Source of the DNA: Myxococcota bacterium
GTDB taxonomy: Bacteria > Myxococcota_A > UBA796 > SXON01
Reading direction: 5' to 3'
DNA length: 64,000 bases
Assembly (NCBI GenBank): GCA_040386535.1
Contig: JAZKFH010000043.1
Coordinates: forward strand, 23,070 to 87,069
This document shows, one piece after another, positions 9,986 to 21,198 of this stretch. The translations under genes and the position numbers were made by a program. The notes below the pieces were generated by a model. It worked only from the letters and a program-made list of their open reading frames with translations, made no database searches and was not told where the DNA came from. Each line of letters begins with the position of its first letter. The stretch's first letter is position 1.

Positions 9986-9993
9986 GGTGTGAC

Positions 9994-11595
9994 ATGAATC
10001 TGCTCCTGCTGCTCTCCCTGTCGATCCCGGACGCGCGCGCCGCGGATCCCGTGGACGTGTCTTCTGCCAAGCTCGCAGGGAAACGGCCGTTCGATCTCTC
10101 CGCGGTGAAAACCGTGAAGGTCGGGAAGGAGACGTGTACGGTCAAGCCGGCCGCCACACCCGCGGACAACACCCTTCCCGATTGCAAAGCGCTCTACGGG
10201 GCGTTGGCGAGCGGCACGACCGTCAGCGTCATCCCCGTGGATTCGACCGATGCGGAGAAGGCCCCGATCTCGCTCCGGTGGGCCACGCGAACGGGGGCCC
10301 AGGGCGGCACCGCGGCCTCGATCAACACGAACAGGGTGGTCGAGTTCGGAACCGACGCCGGGCCCGGTGGGGCCGCGCTGATCGCCATCCCCGGCGAGGG
10401 CTTCTACCCGCTCACCAAGTCGGACGGCGCCTACAGTGTGGATGCGGCGACGCAGGCGCTGATCAACACGCGCGCCGCGGCGTGCGACACCAACAAATCG
10501 ACGGATTGCACGCTGACGTTGCGCGCCCATGCGGACGCGGCCGAGATGGGCGAGTGGACGATCCGAGTCGGAACGACAGCCGAGGAACTCGAGGCGAAGG
10601 CGGCGGCCAAGGAGGCAGCCAAGGAGGCGGCGGCGGCAGCGGCCACCGCGCGCGCGGTCGCGGCGAAAAAGGCGCGGGAGGAGGCGGAGAACACGTGCGA
10701 GAAGTTGGTCAAAGCCAACAAGACAGGCGCCGACCTGTTGTGTGTGGACGTCACGGGCGCCAGCATCCGGGAAAAGAGCAGCCTGGCCGACCGTCTCCTC
10801 TTCCCGAACCGCTCGCTCACGGTGGTGGTGCGGCACTACACCAAGGACACCATCGACGTGGCCGTGTCGGGGCTGCGTGGCACGACGGACCTCGGCTACG
10901 ACGTGCCGTCGATGGGGACTGAAGGGGTGAAAGCCCAGGCCGGGAGCGACGAACAAGTTGCTCCCGACACGATCACGCTCACGGAGCTCAGCTTCGCGCC
11001 CCGCAAGCCGGGCACCAGCGTGGATGTCACGATCTCGAAGAACGGAACGACCGTACGCACCTCCGAGCTAGAGGTGGTCGCCGCCTACATCGGCGCCGTA
11101 CGCATCGGCATCGCGGGCGGCACGGCGGTCGAACAGACCTACGGCACCGCGATGGCGCCGGGAAGCGACCAATCCGAGATCGTGCTGACCAGCGGCGCAA
11201 CCACGATGTTCCAACCCGAGCTGGTGGTCGGCTTCGCACCGTTCCTGTTCACGCCCCGGGGGCGGTCGTACGTCACCACGCGAAAGGCGATCGACCCGAA
11301 GTACCTCGCCCCCTTCGTCGGGCTCGGCGTCGCCACGCTCGATTCGACCTCCACCGTGAAGTTCTCGCTCCTCAAGAGTGTGTACTTCGGCGTGGAGTAC
11401 GAGATGGGCCGCTACGCGTCCATCGGGGTCGCCGGCCAGCTTCGCCAGGTGTCACGCCTCACCAACCCGTACGTCGTGGGCGGCGCCATCGACGGCACCA
11501 CCGTCCCCACCACCTTCGACTATTCGCCCGGGGTCGCCGTGTTCTTCAATGTCAGCCCCGACTTCTTCCGCGTCGTCCAACCGCTCGCCAAGTAG
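9994..11595 (+). CDS. Exported hypothetical protein
   Basis: Signal peptide MNLLLLLSLSIPDARA; GAGG RBS; Ala/Glu/Lys helical linker; beta-rich C-terminal half. Confidence 0.8.
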   Translation: MNLLLLLSLSIPDARAADPVDVSSAKLAGKRPFDLSAVKTVKVGKETCTVKPAATPADNTLPDCKALYGALASGTTVSVIPVDSTDAEKAPISLRWATRTGAQGGTAASINTNRVVEFGTDAGPGGAALIAIPGEGFYPLTKSDGAYSVDAATQALINTRAAACDTNKSTDCTLTLRAHADAAEMGEWTIRVGTTAEELEAKAAAKEAAKEAAAAAATARAVAAKKAREEAENTCEKLVKANKTGADLLCVDVTGASIREKSSLADRLLFPNRSLTVVVRHYTKDTIDVAVSGLRGTTDLGYDVPSMGTEGVKAQAGSDEQVAPDTITLTELSFAPRKPGTSVDVTISKNGTTVRTSELEVVAAYIGAVRIGIAGGTAVEQTYGTAMAPGSDQSEIVLTSGATTMFQPELVVGFAPFLFTPRGRSYVTTRKAIDPKYLAPFVGLGVATLDSTSTVKFSLLKSVYFGVEYEMGRYASIGVAGQLRQVSRLTNPYVVGGAIDGTTVPTTFDYSPGVAVFFNVSPDFFRVVQPLAK

Positions 11596-11604
11596 GAGGC
11601 ATCC

Positions 11605-12594
11605 ATGTCCCGCGCCCCCCTGCTCTTCCTCCTCCTCGCCGCCTGTGAAACCCCGCTCGACACCTTGACGTGCGAGGGCACCCTCGACGTGAGCGTCTTT
11701 GCCGACGCCGACACGCCCATCGGGTCGGACGGCATCACGCTCACCGGCACCGCCAGCCACACTGCGGGGCTGGCCATCCGCTCGCTCCTCGTGGGCGGTG
11801 TCCCTGCCACCAACAGCGGCGGCAACTACCGCAACTGGACCGCGGCGCTCCCGCTCTCCCAACTCCGGGCGCTCGACGTCGACGGGGACGGCGCCCTGTT
11901 CGTGCCGGTCACCGCACGTGACAGCTGCGACGTGATCTTCGACGAACCCGAGGCCACCCGCCTCACCCTCGACCCCCTGCCCGAAGTGGAGGTGTCCCGT
12001 CTCACCGTCACGGTGTCCATCCCCGCGGGGACCACGTGGCTCCCGGCGGACGGCGTGACGCCCGCGGTCGTCACCCTCGGTGCCAACGCCGAGGCCGCCG
12101 GGGCCCTGGTCGACCTCGACGCCTCGTTCGGCACGCTCACCGGCGTTGACAACGGGGTCACCCTCGCCGGGAACGGCACTGCGGACGCGTCCGCGAGCGT
12201 GCTGTTCAGCGCCGCCGATGCGGGCACCGCCGTGCTCGTCGCCACCGCGGACGGGGTCGCCGCCACCGCGACCATCCTCGTGGTCGAGGCTCCGGCCCTG
12301 TCGCCCCCCGCCGCGACGCTCCTGGCGGGCGCGTCCATCCAGGTGGAGGTGTGGACGGAAGGCGCCGTCGAGACCTGCGGGGCGTCTGGCGCCGCTTCCG
12401 ACAGCGTTGCGGTCACCAGCGCCGATGTGTCGCTCTACGGCGGCGGCGCGGTCACCGACACCGACGGCAACGGGAGTCCAGATTTCGCGGTGACCGTCTC
12501 GTCCGACGCCGCGGCGGGCGCCGCCGCGGAGCTGACCTGCTGCGACGTTTTCGGGCAATGCGCGTCGGGCACGTTCACGGTCGCGGGCGGATGA
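11605..12594 (+). CDS. Lipoprotein with Ig-like beta-sandwich domains
   Basis: GGAGG RBS; lipobox LLLAAC; LPADGVTPAVVTL resembles a bacterial Ig-like (Big_1) domain. Confidence 0.8.
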   Translation: MSRAPLLFLLLAACETPLDTLTCEGTLDVSVFADADTPIGSDGITLTGTASHTAGLAIRSLLVGGVPATNSGGNYRNWTAALPLSQLRALDVDGDGALFVPVTARDSCDVIFDEPEATRLTLDPLPEVEVSRLTVTVSIPAGTTWLPADGVTPAVVTLGANAEAAGALVDLDASFGTLTGVDNGVTLAGNGTADASASVLFSAADAGTAVLVATADGVAATATILVVEAPALSPPAATLLAGASIQVEVWTEGAVETCGASGAASDSVAVTSADVSLYGGGAVTDTDGNGSPDFAVTVSSDAAAGAAAELTCCDVFGQCASGTFTVAGG

Positions 12595-12634
12595 CACGCC
12601 GCCGGGGGGCACTGTGCCCACCGGCCGGTCGGCC

Positions 12635-13057
12635 CTACTCCTGCGGCATCACGTGGTTCGTGTCCATCCAGAACACTTCCCAGTGGTGTCCGTCGAGGTC
12701 GTAGAAGCTCCCGCTGTACATGAAGCCCATGTCGGTGTTGGGCAACGCGGGCGTCCCACCGGACTCCAGCGCCGTGTTGACCATCTCGTCCACCTCTTCC
12801 CGACTGACACACGACAGCGCGAAGATGGCCTCGGTGGAGCCGGACGTGTCGCTGATCTGCTTCTTGGTGAAGTCCTTGAACCGGGCCTCCTCCAGCAGCA
12901 TGACGTAGCCCTCGTCCGAGAGGATCATGCAGGTGGCGTGCTCGTCGGTGAACTGCGGGTTGAACGTGAAGCCGAGCTTCGTGAAGAAGTCGACCGAGCG
13001 CTTCAGGTTCTTGACGGGCAGGTTGACGAAGATCTTGCGGGCGGACGTGGCGATCAT
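12635..13057 (-). CDS. VOC/glyoxalase-family protein
   Basis: KIFVNLPVKNLKRSVDFFTKLGF...FYDLDGHHWE signature. Confidence 0.92.
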   Translation of the reverse strand: MIATSARKIFVNLPVKNLKRSVDFFTKLGFTFNPQFTDEHATCMILSDEGYVMLLEEARFKDFTKKQISDTSGSTEAIFALSCVSREEVDEMVNTALESGGTPALPNTDMGFMYSGSFYDLDGHHWEVFWMDTNHVMPQE

Positions 13058-13087
13058 GAGAGGCTCCGGGGGTGAGGGGTCGAAGTG

Positions 13088-13118
13088 TAGACGGGGGGCG
13101 CGGGGGGAACTCATCGGT
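13088..13118 (-). promoter_or_regulatory. Candidate ECF-sigma promoter upstream of the VOC gene
   Basis: Minus strand ACCGATGAGTT-N15-GTCTA, about 30 nt upstream of the ATG; bipartite ECF-like layout. Confidence 0.45.
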
Positions 13119-13508
13119 CGCGGGACAAAATAGCCTGGGCGACCGGCGTGGGCCGCGGTGCCCGGCGCCCGAGGCTCCCTCCGATCGTCAAAAACAACGC
13201 GGCGCCGCCGCGGCCCTGGGGCGGTTGCGCGGGGGAAGCCCGGGGGAAGCCCACCCGAATGGGAGTTGCTCCGACCCAAGCGGCGCCGGATGGGAACGTG
13301 GTGCGCGGGCTCAGACGGAATGCGCACCACCCCGACGGTGGAACGCCCGCTTTTCACGAACACGGACCCACGCCGCCCGCGGAACAGCCCTCGAGTTCCA
13401 GTCGGATTCCTGTTCGGTGCCGCTTGCCTCCCTTCCGTTCCTGTTGGGGCCTGCTTGACCCCGAGCTCGGGGCACGCACGGAGGGTCCGCGTGGCTCCAG
13501 CGGGGATC

Positions 13509-14075
13509 GTGTCGAAGCTCGAAGAGGTCGAGGACCGCCCGGCGTTCTTGCGCGAGATGCCCTCGCGGCTGACTGTTCTCACCACCGGGCCTCGACACCC
13601 CGGATGTGCAGTCGGCGCCTTTCCGACGGGCCCGCGGACCGGGGGCGTGGATCTCCGGCTCAACACGGGTGCCGAGGAATCTCCCATGCAGGAGCTGGGT
13701 CGCGACCTGGTCAACCTACACGGCGCGCACTACGCGATCCTGGCGCGTTCCACGGGGGTGGGCGAGATCGAGCGTCTCCTGAGGATCCCCGCTGGAACGT
13801 GGTCGAGGAACCTGGATGTCTCCGTGCCCGGAGCGCTCGGAGACCTCAACTTCTGGAGCGAGCGGGCCGTGCGGTCGATGGGGATTGGCGACGCGCTGTG
13901 GGCGCTGCTCAGGGAAGCGGGGATTCGTTGCACGCTGATGGAAGGCGGGGGAATGGAGGTCGACCTGAGTGACACTTTGCTCTCGCCACGGAACCCTGAC
14001 GACGTCAGGCGCGTCGCACTGCTGCTCGGTTCCATCCCGCGGCTCGGCTGGCGAGGACCCGGAGCAGCCCGGTGA
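13509..14075 (+). CDS. Hypothetical protein
   Basis: Protein-like composition in the 3' part of ORF 13158..14075; start uncertain. Confidence 0.5.
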   Translation: MSKLEEVEDRPAFLREMPSRLTVLTTGPRHPGCAVGAFPTGPRTGGVDLRLNTGAEESPMQELGRDLVNLHGAHYAILARSTGVGEIERLLRIPAGTWSRNLDVSVPGALGDLNFWSERAVRSMGIGDALWALLREAGIRCTLMEGGGMEVDLSDTLLSPRNPDDVRRVALLLGSIPRLGWRGPGAAR

Positions 14076-14150
14076 TCCCCCCGCCCAGGCGCCCAGAGGG
14101 CGCGCCGCCGCTCGGGGCGGCGCGGTCCGGCCCCGCGCTCGGGCGGGGCC

Positions 14151-14179
14151 GACCGAGCGGCCTAGCCGCGAGCCCGGCG
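14151..14179 (+). repeat. Dispersed intergenic hairpin repeat, copy 2
   Basis: GACCGAGCGGC-CTA-GCCGCGAGCCCGGCG, between convergent genes. Confidence 0.65.
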
Positions 14180-14253
14180 GGCACCGGCGCCGCCCCTGGC
14201 GGCGGGGCGCCCCGCTCCTACCACGCCGCTCCTAAAACACCGTGCCTACCAAC

Positions 14254-16050
14254 TCACGCCGACTTGGGCGGCTCCACCACGCGGATGTGCAGATCGCGCA
14301 GCTGCTGCTCCGACACCGTGGCCGGGGCACCCATGAGGAGATCCTCGGCCTGTTGGTTCATCGGGAAGGCGATGACGTCGCGGATCTGGGACGCGCCCGC
14401 GATGAGCATGACCATGCGGTCGATGCCGGGAGCGAGGCCGCCGTGCGGGGGGGCGCCGTGCTTGAAGGCGCGGAGGAGGCCGCCGAAGCTCTCCTCGACC
14501 TTCTCGGGGCCGTAGCCCGCGATCTCGAAGGCGCGGTACATCAGCTCGGGGCGGTGGTTGCGGACGGCGCCGCTGGAGAGCTCGATGCCGTTGCACACGA
14601 TGTCGTACTGGTACGCCAGGATGTCCAGCGGGTTCATCGTGTTGAGCGCCTCCATCCCGCCCTGGGGCATGGAGAAGGGATTGTGGCTGAAGATGATCTG
14701 GCCGGTGGTGTCGTCCTTCTCGTAGAAGGGGAAATCGACCACCCAACAGAACTTGAACACGTTCTGCTCGATGACACCGAGATCCTCGCCCACCTTGGTA
14801 CGCAGCAACCCGGCGACCTTGGCGGCCTTGTGGGGCTCGTCACACACGACCAACATGGAGTCGCCCGTGGTGACACCCGCCGCCGCGATGGCCTGGGTGA
14901 GGCGATCGCCGGTGAGCCACTTGGAGAGCGAGCCCTTCGCGCCGGACTCGGGCAGCTGGAGCCACGCGAGGCCGCCGGCGCCCACGAACTTGGCGTACTT
15001 CTCCATGGCGTCGAACCAGGAGCGCGACTTGTCGGCACCCTTCGGCACGGGGATGGCGCGGACCACGCCGCCCTTGGCGATGACACCCTCGAAGTAGCCG
15101 AAGCCGGAGCCGATGAAGATCTCGGTCAGATCGGTGATCACGAGGGGATTGCGGAGGTCGGGCTTGTCGTTGCCGTACTTGAGCATCGACTCGGCGAAGG
15201 GGATGCGCGGGAACGGCGCGGGGGTGGCGGCCCAGCCATTGCCGAATTCGGCGAAGACACCGGCCAGCACAGGCTCGATGGTGGCGAAGATCTCGTCCTG
15301 CGTGACGAAGCTCATCTCCAAGTCGAGTTGGTAGAACTCGCCGGGGGAGCGGTCGGCGCGGGCGTCCTCGTCGCGGAAGCAGGGCGCGATCTGGAAGTAA
15401 CGGTCGATGCCGCCCACCATGAGCAGCTGCTTGAACATCTGCGGCGCCTGGGGGAGCGCATAGAACTTGCCAGGATAACGGCGGCTCGGCACGAGGTAGT
15501 CGCGCGCGCCTTCGGGGGAGGACGCCGTGAGGATCGGGGTGCTCACCTCGACGAAGTCGAGCGCGTGCATGCGCTTGCGGATGCTCTGGATGATGTTGGC
15601 GCGCAGCTCGAGGTTCCTGACCATCGAGGCACGGCGCAGGTCGAGGAAGCGGTGCTTGAGGCGGATGGCCTCGGACGCGTTCGGCTCGTCGGCCACGGTG
15701 AACGGCAGGCTCTCGCACACCGACATCACCTCGAAGCGCGTGACAGGCACCTCGACGAGGCCGGTGGGCATGTTGGGGTTGGGGTTCTCGCGGCGGCGCA
15801 CGGTGCCGACGATCTGGACGACACTCTCGACGGTGACCGCGTCGAGCGCGGCGAGCAGCTCGGGGTTGTTCTCGACGACACACTGGGTGAGGCCGTAGCG
15901 GTCACGCAGGTCGAGGAACAGGAGGTGGCCGAGGTTGCGCTTGCGATGGAGCCAGCCGGAGAGGGTGACCTCGACGCCGGCATCGCCCTCGCGGAGCTGA
16001 CCGCAGGTGTGGGAGCGCCAGGTGTGGTTGAGCGGGGTCGAGGGGGACAT
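14254..16050 (-). CDS. aspS: Aspartate--tRNA ligase
   Basis: [49 protein letters not shown]; bacterial type with the GAD insertion; 598 aa. Confidence 0.98.
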   Translation of the reverse strand: MSPSTPLNHTWRSHTCGQLREGDAGVEVTLSGWLHRKRNLGHLLFLDLRDRYGLTQCVVENNPELLAALDAVTVESVVQIVGTVRRRENPNPNMPTGLVEVPVTRFEVMSVCESLPFTVADEPNASEAIRLKHRFLDLRRASMVRNLELRANIIQSIRKRMHALDFVEVSTPILTASSPEGARDYLVPSRRYPGKFYALPQAPQMFKQLLMVGGIDRYFQIAPCFRDEDARADRSPGEFYQLDLEMSFVTQDEIFATIEPVLAGVFAEFGNGWAATPAPFPRIPFAESMLKYGNDKPDLRNPLVITDLTEIFIGSGFGYFEGVIAKGGVVRAIPVPKGADKSRSWFDAMEKYAKFVGAGGLAWLQLPESGAKGSLSKWLTGDRLTQAIAAAGVTTGDSMLVVCDEPHKAAKVAGLLRTKVGEDLGVIEQNVFKFCWVVDFPFYEKDDTTGQIIFSHNPFSMPQGGMEALNTMNPLDILAYQYDIVCNGIELSSGAVRNHRPELMYRAFEIAGYGPEKVEESFGGLLRAFKHGAPPHGGLAPGIDRMVMLIAGASQIRDVIAFPMNQQAEDLLMGAPATVSEQQLRDLHIRVVEPPKSA

Positions 16051-16224
16051 GGGCCATTCCGGGGAAGGGGTACGGCGGGACGAGGTTCGCGCGGGGCGCT
16101 GGCCTAACCCGGGAGGGCGGCGATCGGGAGTGGGGCGGGGGCGGCTTCGTTTGCCCGCGGGTTTCCGCGGATCGGTAGCCCCGCCGACTTTCGACAGCGC
16201 GACCCGATCGGGTAGAACGCGGGG

Positions 16225-18942
16225 ATGATCTCGTCCCGCTCCGTCGTGTTGTCGCTCGTCCTCCTCTCAGCCTGCCTCCCCAAGCACGAGGCGCTCGGAA
16301 ACGCCGCCTACCGCGCCGGTGACGTCGCGACCGCGGCGGCCGAATACGACCTGGCGATGGGCGATACGCCGATGATGGACTTCGAGTACGAGCGGGTCCG
16401 GAAGAAGCGGAAGCGGCTGATGGAGGGAGAGTGGTCGCCGAAGGTCGACGCGCTGTTCGCGACCGCGCCCACCCCCACCACGCTCGCCTACGTGGAGGAG
16501 CTGTTCGTGCTGCGGAAGGAGGCGTTCGGGGCGGGCATCCCGGAGGAGCTCGCCGCGCGAATCGACGTCGAGATGCGGCGGGTGGTGTCCCCGGCGGAGC
16601 TGCGCACCGCGGACATCGCGGAGGTGCCTGGGCGCCTCGCGGCGCTGATCGCGCTCTACGACTCGGCGCTCCGCATCGGCGCCCCCCAGGATTCGATCGA
16701 CGCGATCCTCGGCGCCTACGCCGAGAGCCTCGCCGTCGGCTTCCCCGCGCCCGGGCCCACCGAGGGGCTCGACCGGCTCACGCAACTGCTCGACCTGCGC
16801 GAGCAGATGCGCACCCGGCGCTTTCCCGGCCCCATCGACGCGGCGCTCGACGCCGAGCTCCAGCGCGTCGCGGACGCATCGTTCGTCCCCGCCACCGCCG
16901 CGAACGCCGTCGCCCGCTTCGACGCCACCCTCACGCTACGCACCCGCGCGCGCGCCTTCTCCGCGCCCCCCGCCGCCGTCGTCCTGGCCGACCGCGCCCA
17001 CGAGGACGCGCTCACCCACGTGCTCGCGCGCGCCGACGCGGAGTCCGCGGCCCACCGCTACCTTCCGCTCTACGACGAGCTGACCCCGCTCGCGGTGCGG
17101 GTCGAGCCCGGCCACCCGCTCCTCGCCCGGCTCGCCGGTGTCGCCGCCGAGGGCGCCTCCTGGCACACCGCCGAGGCCGCCGCGCTCCCGGACGGCTTCC
17201 GCAAGCTCCTCCACAAGTCGCTCGCGGGCACGCTCCTCGGCAAGCGCGTCCTCGCCGAGGCCGCGCGCAAGGCGCTCGAGCCGTCGTTCACCACGTCACT
17301 GACGCTCCAGGCGCAGCTCTCCGTGGACCCCTCGTGCGCCGGCATGGGCGAGCTGGTCACCGGGGCGCTCGGCAAGGGCGCGCGCGCGATGCCGATGCCG
17401 CTCGCGCTCACCAGCTGCGTCGGGCGCGAGGGGGACAGCGTGTCCTACCGCGACCACAGCTACACGGCGGAGGAGATCTACTACGTCCAGGAGAACGTCC
17501 AGGTCGGCACGCGCACCGAGCAGGTCATCTCCGGGTACCACGACGAGCAGTGCAGCAAGCCGTCGAGCCTCGACGGCTACGTGTGGACGGGCGTGTGCCA
17601 GGTGGCCGACTACAAGACCGAGACGTACCCGGTGTACGAGCTCCAGGACGTGGAGAAGCGCCGCGACGTCACGCGGACCGTGCAGTATGCCGTGACGACG
17701 CGCACCGTGCAGGTCGACGTGGGGGGCGTCGCGACGCTCACCTGGGACGACGGCACCGCGCTCCGCGTACCCTTCGACCACCGCCGCACGGTGGCGGCCG
17801 AGGGGTGGTCGTACGACGTGCCCGGCCGCACCTCGGCGGACGCGAGCAGCCGCTTCACGCAGACGATCTCGTCGTCGCACTCGGTCGCCGCGTTCCGTCG
17901 GGAGGCAGGATCGGCGGTGGCCGGCGACATCGGCACCAACATGGCGGCGGCCGTGCGGGCACATCGGGCCCGGCTCGCGCGGGCGGAGGGGCAACGCGCC
18001 CTGACCGCGGGTGATGCGGCGGGCGCGGGCGAGGCCTTCGTGCGGTCCGTGCTGCACGACGGCAAGGCCGAAGCGGAGGCGGCGGCGTGGTTCCTGGCGG
18101 ACGCTGGTCTGTCCGCGACGCAGGTGGAGACGGTGTTGGCGGCGGGTGGCGCGACACGCGCCCAACCCGCGGGAACGCCCCTGCCCGTCGCGAGCGCCTA
18201 CACGTCCGACGGCATCACGGTTGGCGCGGGGGCGGCAATGCGCAAGGACATGGTGGTCGACGGCATCACGACCGAGACCTACCAGAAGGGCATCGTCCCG
18301 CCGAACGAGTTCGTCGACTTCCACGTCGGCATCGTCCCCACCGAGATCCAGACGGGGAAGCCCGGCGCACGCATGGGGGCGGCCGTCGGCTTCGACATGC
18401 ACTACAACTTCCTCGAGATGGCCCTGAAGCTGCGCTACGGGCTGGTCGTGCACGACCAATTCGGGCTCCGTTTCACGATGGGCATGATCCCGCCGAAGTT
18501 GAAGCAGGAGTACACGAACGGCGAGGACGAGGGCCCGATCGCGGTCACGGTCGACCCGAGCTACGCGCTCTACCTCGGCCTGCGGCTGCCCTACTTCGGC
18601 GTCTTCGCCGGGGGCTCGGCCGGCTACCTGCACGCCGCCGGCGGCGACACCGTGGCGTTCGGTTACCACGTGGAGCCCGGCGCGCGGCTCACCCTGCGCA
18701 CGTTCCGCACCTACCAGATCATCGTCGAAGCGTCGGGGTTCGTGTCGATCCCCGGCGTGCCCCGCAAGGACCGGCTGATGGTGTCGTTCCCGGTGCTCGG
18801 GCGGAAGGGCATGGACATCAAGATCTCGGCCGAGCGCACCCTGCTCCCGGCGCGCCACCTCGCGGCGGACGGGGAGACGAAGGAGTCGCTCGGGGTGCTG
18901 CCGGTCAACATCGTGGGGGTGCAGGTGGGCGCGCGGCTTTGA
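16225..18942 (+). CDS. Large hypothetical lipoprotein (TPR-like N-terminus, possible C-terminal beta-barrel)
   Basis: Lipobox VLLSAC; TPR-like [17 protein letters not shown]; amphipathic beta-strands ending VGVQVGARL; 905 aa. Confidence 0.8.
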   Translation: MISSRSVVLSLVLLSACLPKHEALGNAAYRAGDVATAAAEYDLAMGDTPMMDFEYERVRKKRKRLMEGEWSPKVDALFATAPTPTTLAYVEELFVLRKEAFGAGIPEELAARIDVEMRRVVSPAELRTADIAEVPGRLAALIALYDSALRIGAPQDSIDAILGAYAESLAVGFPAPGPTEGLDRLTQLLDLREQMRTRRFPGPIDAALDAELQRVADASFVPATAANAVARFDATLTLRTRARAFSAPPAAVVLADRAHEDALTHVLARADAESAAHRYLPLYDELTPLAVRVEPGHPLLARLAGVAAEGASWHTAEAAALPDGFRKLLHKSLAGTLLGKRVLAEAARKALEPSFTTSLTLQAQLSVDPSCAGMGELVTGALGKGARAMPMPLALTSCVGREGDSVSYRDHSYTAEEIYYVQENVQVGTRTEQVISGYHDEQCSKPSSLDGYVWTGVCQVADYKTETYPVYELQDVEKRRDVTRTVQYAVTTRTVQVDVGGVATLTWDDGTALRVPFDHRRTVAAEGWSYDVPGRTSADASSRFTQTISSSHSVAAFRREAGSAVAGDIGTNMAAAVRAHRARLARAEGQRALTAGDAAGAGEAFVRSVLHDGKAEAEAAAWFLADAGLSATQVETVLAAGGATRAQPAGTPLPVASAYTSDGITVGAGAAMRKDMVVDGITTETYQKGIVPPNEFVDFHVGIVPTEIQTGKPGARMGAAVGFDMHYNFLEMALKLRYGLVVHDQFGLRFTMGMIPPKLKQEYTNGEDEGPIAVTVDPSYALYLGLRLPYFGVFAGGSAGYLHAAGGDTVAFGYHVEPGARLTLRTFRTYQIIVEASGFVSIPGVPRKDRLMVSFPVLGRKGMDIKISAERTLLPARHLAADGETKESLGVLPVNIVGVQVGARL

Positions 18943-18957
18943 GGGCGCCCCGCCGGG

Positions 18958-20172
18958 TCAGCCCCCGAACAACCCCTTCTCCCGACTGATCCGCTCCTTG
19001 ATCCCGCCCCACGCGTTGGGCGACGACTTGAAGTTGGTCTTCACCTTCGAGTCCTTGTCGTCCTGCAAGGTGGTGCCGACCTCGTCCGCGGTGAGGGGCG
19101 TCTTCTTGGCGTCCTGCTTGGCCTTGACCGCGTCCGCCATGCCCTTGGCGAGGCCGCCGTATTGGTTCACGGTGCCGATGGCGACGTCGTACAGGTCGAG
19201 GTCCTTGCGGGCCTCGGCGGACACGCCCGCCTGGTCGAAGAAGGTGGTCACCTCGTCGGCCTTGTCGTGCTCGAGGAACCGCTCCTGCGCCTTGCCGAAG
19301 GCCTTGTTCTCCTTGGCGGTCAGGTCCTTCCAGAGGGCGTCGAACTCGGGGCTGGTGACGCCGTTCTTCTTCACGACCTCCTGCAGGCGGGCGCTGTAGG
19401 GGTTGTCCTTCCAATTCACGAAGCGCATCACCGTGCTGCCGGTCACCGCGTCCTCGCTCTTCTTGCTGCCGTCCTTGTAGATGTAGGACTCGAATTGGTA
19501 GGTGCCGTAGGTCTTGCCGCCCGAGTCGTCTTCCTTGTCGGGGTTGGTGATGGCGCCGACCGCGTAGGGATCGGCCTTGGTGCGGTACATGTCCGACTCG
19601 GAGTAGGCCGTGGCACGGTATTTCGGGATGAAGTTGGTTTCGGAGTGGCCGGCGGCGCGGAACTCGTCGCGCAGGCCGAGCTTGGTGAGGGTGCCCTTGC
19701 CGGCGATGCCGTCGTCACCGAGCTTGTTGGCCTTCTGCCAGGTCTTGAGCGCGGTGGTGGTCGCGGCGTCGAACTTGCCGGTGACAGGGATGGCGAGCGC
19801 GGTCTGGAGCGCCTCGACGTCGGGGCCCTCCGCGCCCTCCTTGAGGGTACCGGCTACGTGGGGCTTCTTGGCCCACTCCGGGGTGTCGCTGGCGGCGGCC
19901 TTGGGGTCGGCGGCCTTCGTGTCGACGGTGGGCGCGACGGCCGCCTTGCCATCCATCGCCGCCGCGGGGCCCGCCAAGGAGGCGGCGAGGGAGGCCGCGA
20001 GCGCCGCGTTCCCCAGGCCGGGCCGGCCGGCGGGGGTGGGCCCGCGGGCCCCGCCCTGGAGGCGCTCGGCCGTGGCGGCGTTGCCCGGCCCGGCGCTGGC
20101 GGGGGCGGCCCGGACGGGAGCGGGGGCGGCGGGAGGGGCGGCGGCGGGCTTGTGGGAGCGGCTCGGGGGCAT
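18958..20172 (-). CDS. Peptidoglycan-binding domain + lysozyme-like (VgrG3-C-like) putative muramidase
   Basis: PG_binding_1 signature LKEGAEGPDVEALQTAL...TGKFDAATTTALKTWQ...DDGIAG; catalytic-like YSES...DSGGKTYGTYQF. No Sec signal. Confidence 0.8.
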   Translation of the reverse strand: MPPSRSHKPAAAPPAAPAPVRAAPASAGPGNAATAERLQGGARGPTPAGRPGLGNAALAASLAASLAGPAAAMDGKAAVAPTVDTKAADPKAAASDTPEWAKKPHVAGTLKEGAEGPDVEALQTALAIPVTGKFDAATTTALKTWQKANKLGDDGIAGKGTLTKLGLRDEFRAAGHSETNFIPKYRATAYSESDMYRTKADPYAVGAITNPDKEDDSGGKTYGTYQFESYIYKDGSKKSEDAVTGSTVMRFVNWKDNPYSARLQEVVKKNGVTSPEFDALWKDLTAKENKAFGKAQERFLEHDKADEVTTFFDQAGVSAEARKDLDLYDVAIGTVNQYGGLAKGMADAVKAKQDAKKTPLTADEVGTTLQDDKDSKVKTNFKSSPNAWGGIKERISREKGLFGG

Positions 20173-20332
20173 CGTCGTCACCGGGTTGCGAAGCTGTAGG
20201 GTACGAGGTTCGCCCGACCCCGACAAGCCCCGTCTCCGGCGCCGTCGCACTCGAGATTTGTCGGCCTTTCCTGATCCAGTTTCGCGTGTCGCGGCATGAT
20301 GGACGGTGCGGCGCGGCGCGCCCTGGAGTTCC

Positions 20333-20932
20333 ATGTTCCTGTTCCTCTTCGCCTGCACCCCCGCCACCATCGACCTGTCCAACACGTCCGACCCGAGGGT
20401 GAGCGACCCGATGGCCGACGCGGACACCGACACCGACGCCGATACGGACGCGGACACCGACGCCGATACGGACACCGACGCCGACACGGACGCGGACACC
20501 GATGCCGACACGGACGCCGATACCGATGCGGACACGGACGCCGACACCGACACCGAGCCCGTCGTGTCGAACGCGGGGGACTACGAGGGCTCTGTGGAGG
20601 GGCTGTACAGCTGGGAAGACGGCGGCTGGGGCGGTGGGGACGACAACGAGGTGCCCTGCTGGGGCGAGTTCGCGGTGACCGTGTCCGAGGGCGGCGACCT
20701 CACGGGGAGCGCGGCGTGCTCCGGCGAGTGGTACGGCAGCGACCTCGAAGGCGAGCTCGTCGGCACCGTGGCGGCGGGCCGCGTCACGGCCACCTGGACG
20801 GTCTACTTCGGCTGGGAGAACGTCACGTTCGACGTCGACGGGACCGTGGCCGACGGCGATCTGGACCTGGAGATCGACGACGACCTCGGCGGCGGGCAAC
20901 ACTTCACCGCCGAGCTGAGCGGGCGGCGGTAG
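20333..20932 (+). CDS. Lipoprotein with (DT/DA)n acidic repeat
   Basis: MFLFLFAC; a [10 protein letters not shown] tract of about 45 aa (approx. 20417-20555), followed by an acidic beta domain. Confidence 0.8.
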   Translation: MFLFLFACTPATIDLSNTSDPRVSDPMADADTDTDADTDADTDADTDTDADTDADTDADTDADTDADTDADTDTEPVVSNAGDYEGSVEGLYSWEDGGWGGGDDNEVPCWGEFAVTVSEGGDLTGSAACSGEWYGSDLEGELVGTVAAGRVTATWTVYFGWENVTFDVDGTVADGDLDLEIDDDLGGGQHFTAELSGRR

Positions 20933-21198
20933 GAGCCCGTAGTGCATAGCCCGGCTCTGCCGGGCGGTGCGGTCCGTCGCGAGGGGCACGAGCCGCGAGC
21001 GGAGGGCCACCCCCACAGCCGGCCATCCGGGAAGGCGTACCTCGGGTACGTCGAGCGGATGGCCGGCGAGGAGGTGGGCATACGCCGCGGATCGGGACCC
21101 GCAGCAGGACCGCAATGCACTACGGGCTCCTAAGCGCGCCAGGCGCCCGGAAGTCGGCCGCCCGTCCGCGGGCGGCCGGTCCCCGCCGTCCGCGGCGG

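Noticed and set aside
14254..16050. Calling AspRS discriminating versus non-discriminating
   Set aside because: Cannot be decided reliably by eye; it needs an alignment and knowledge of asnS/gatCAB content.
20272..20297. Third RpoE promoter (TGATCC at 20272)
   Set aside because: The N16 spacer is followed by GCAT rather than CGTA. Other TGATCC hits (14073, 50875) also lack the -10.
20173..20553. (SV/SA)n N-terminal extension of the 18958 ORF
   Set aside because: It is simply the antisense reading of the DT/DA repeat in the 20333 lipoprotein.
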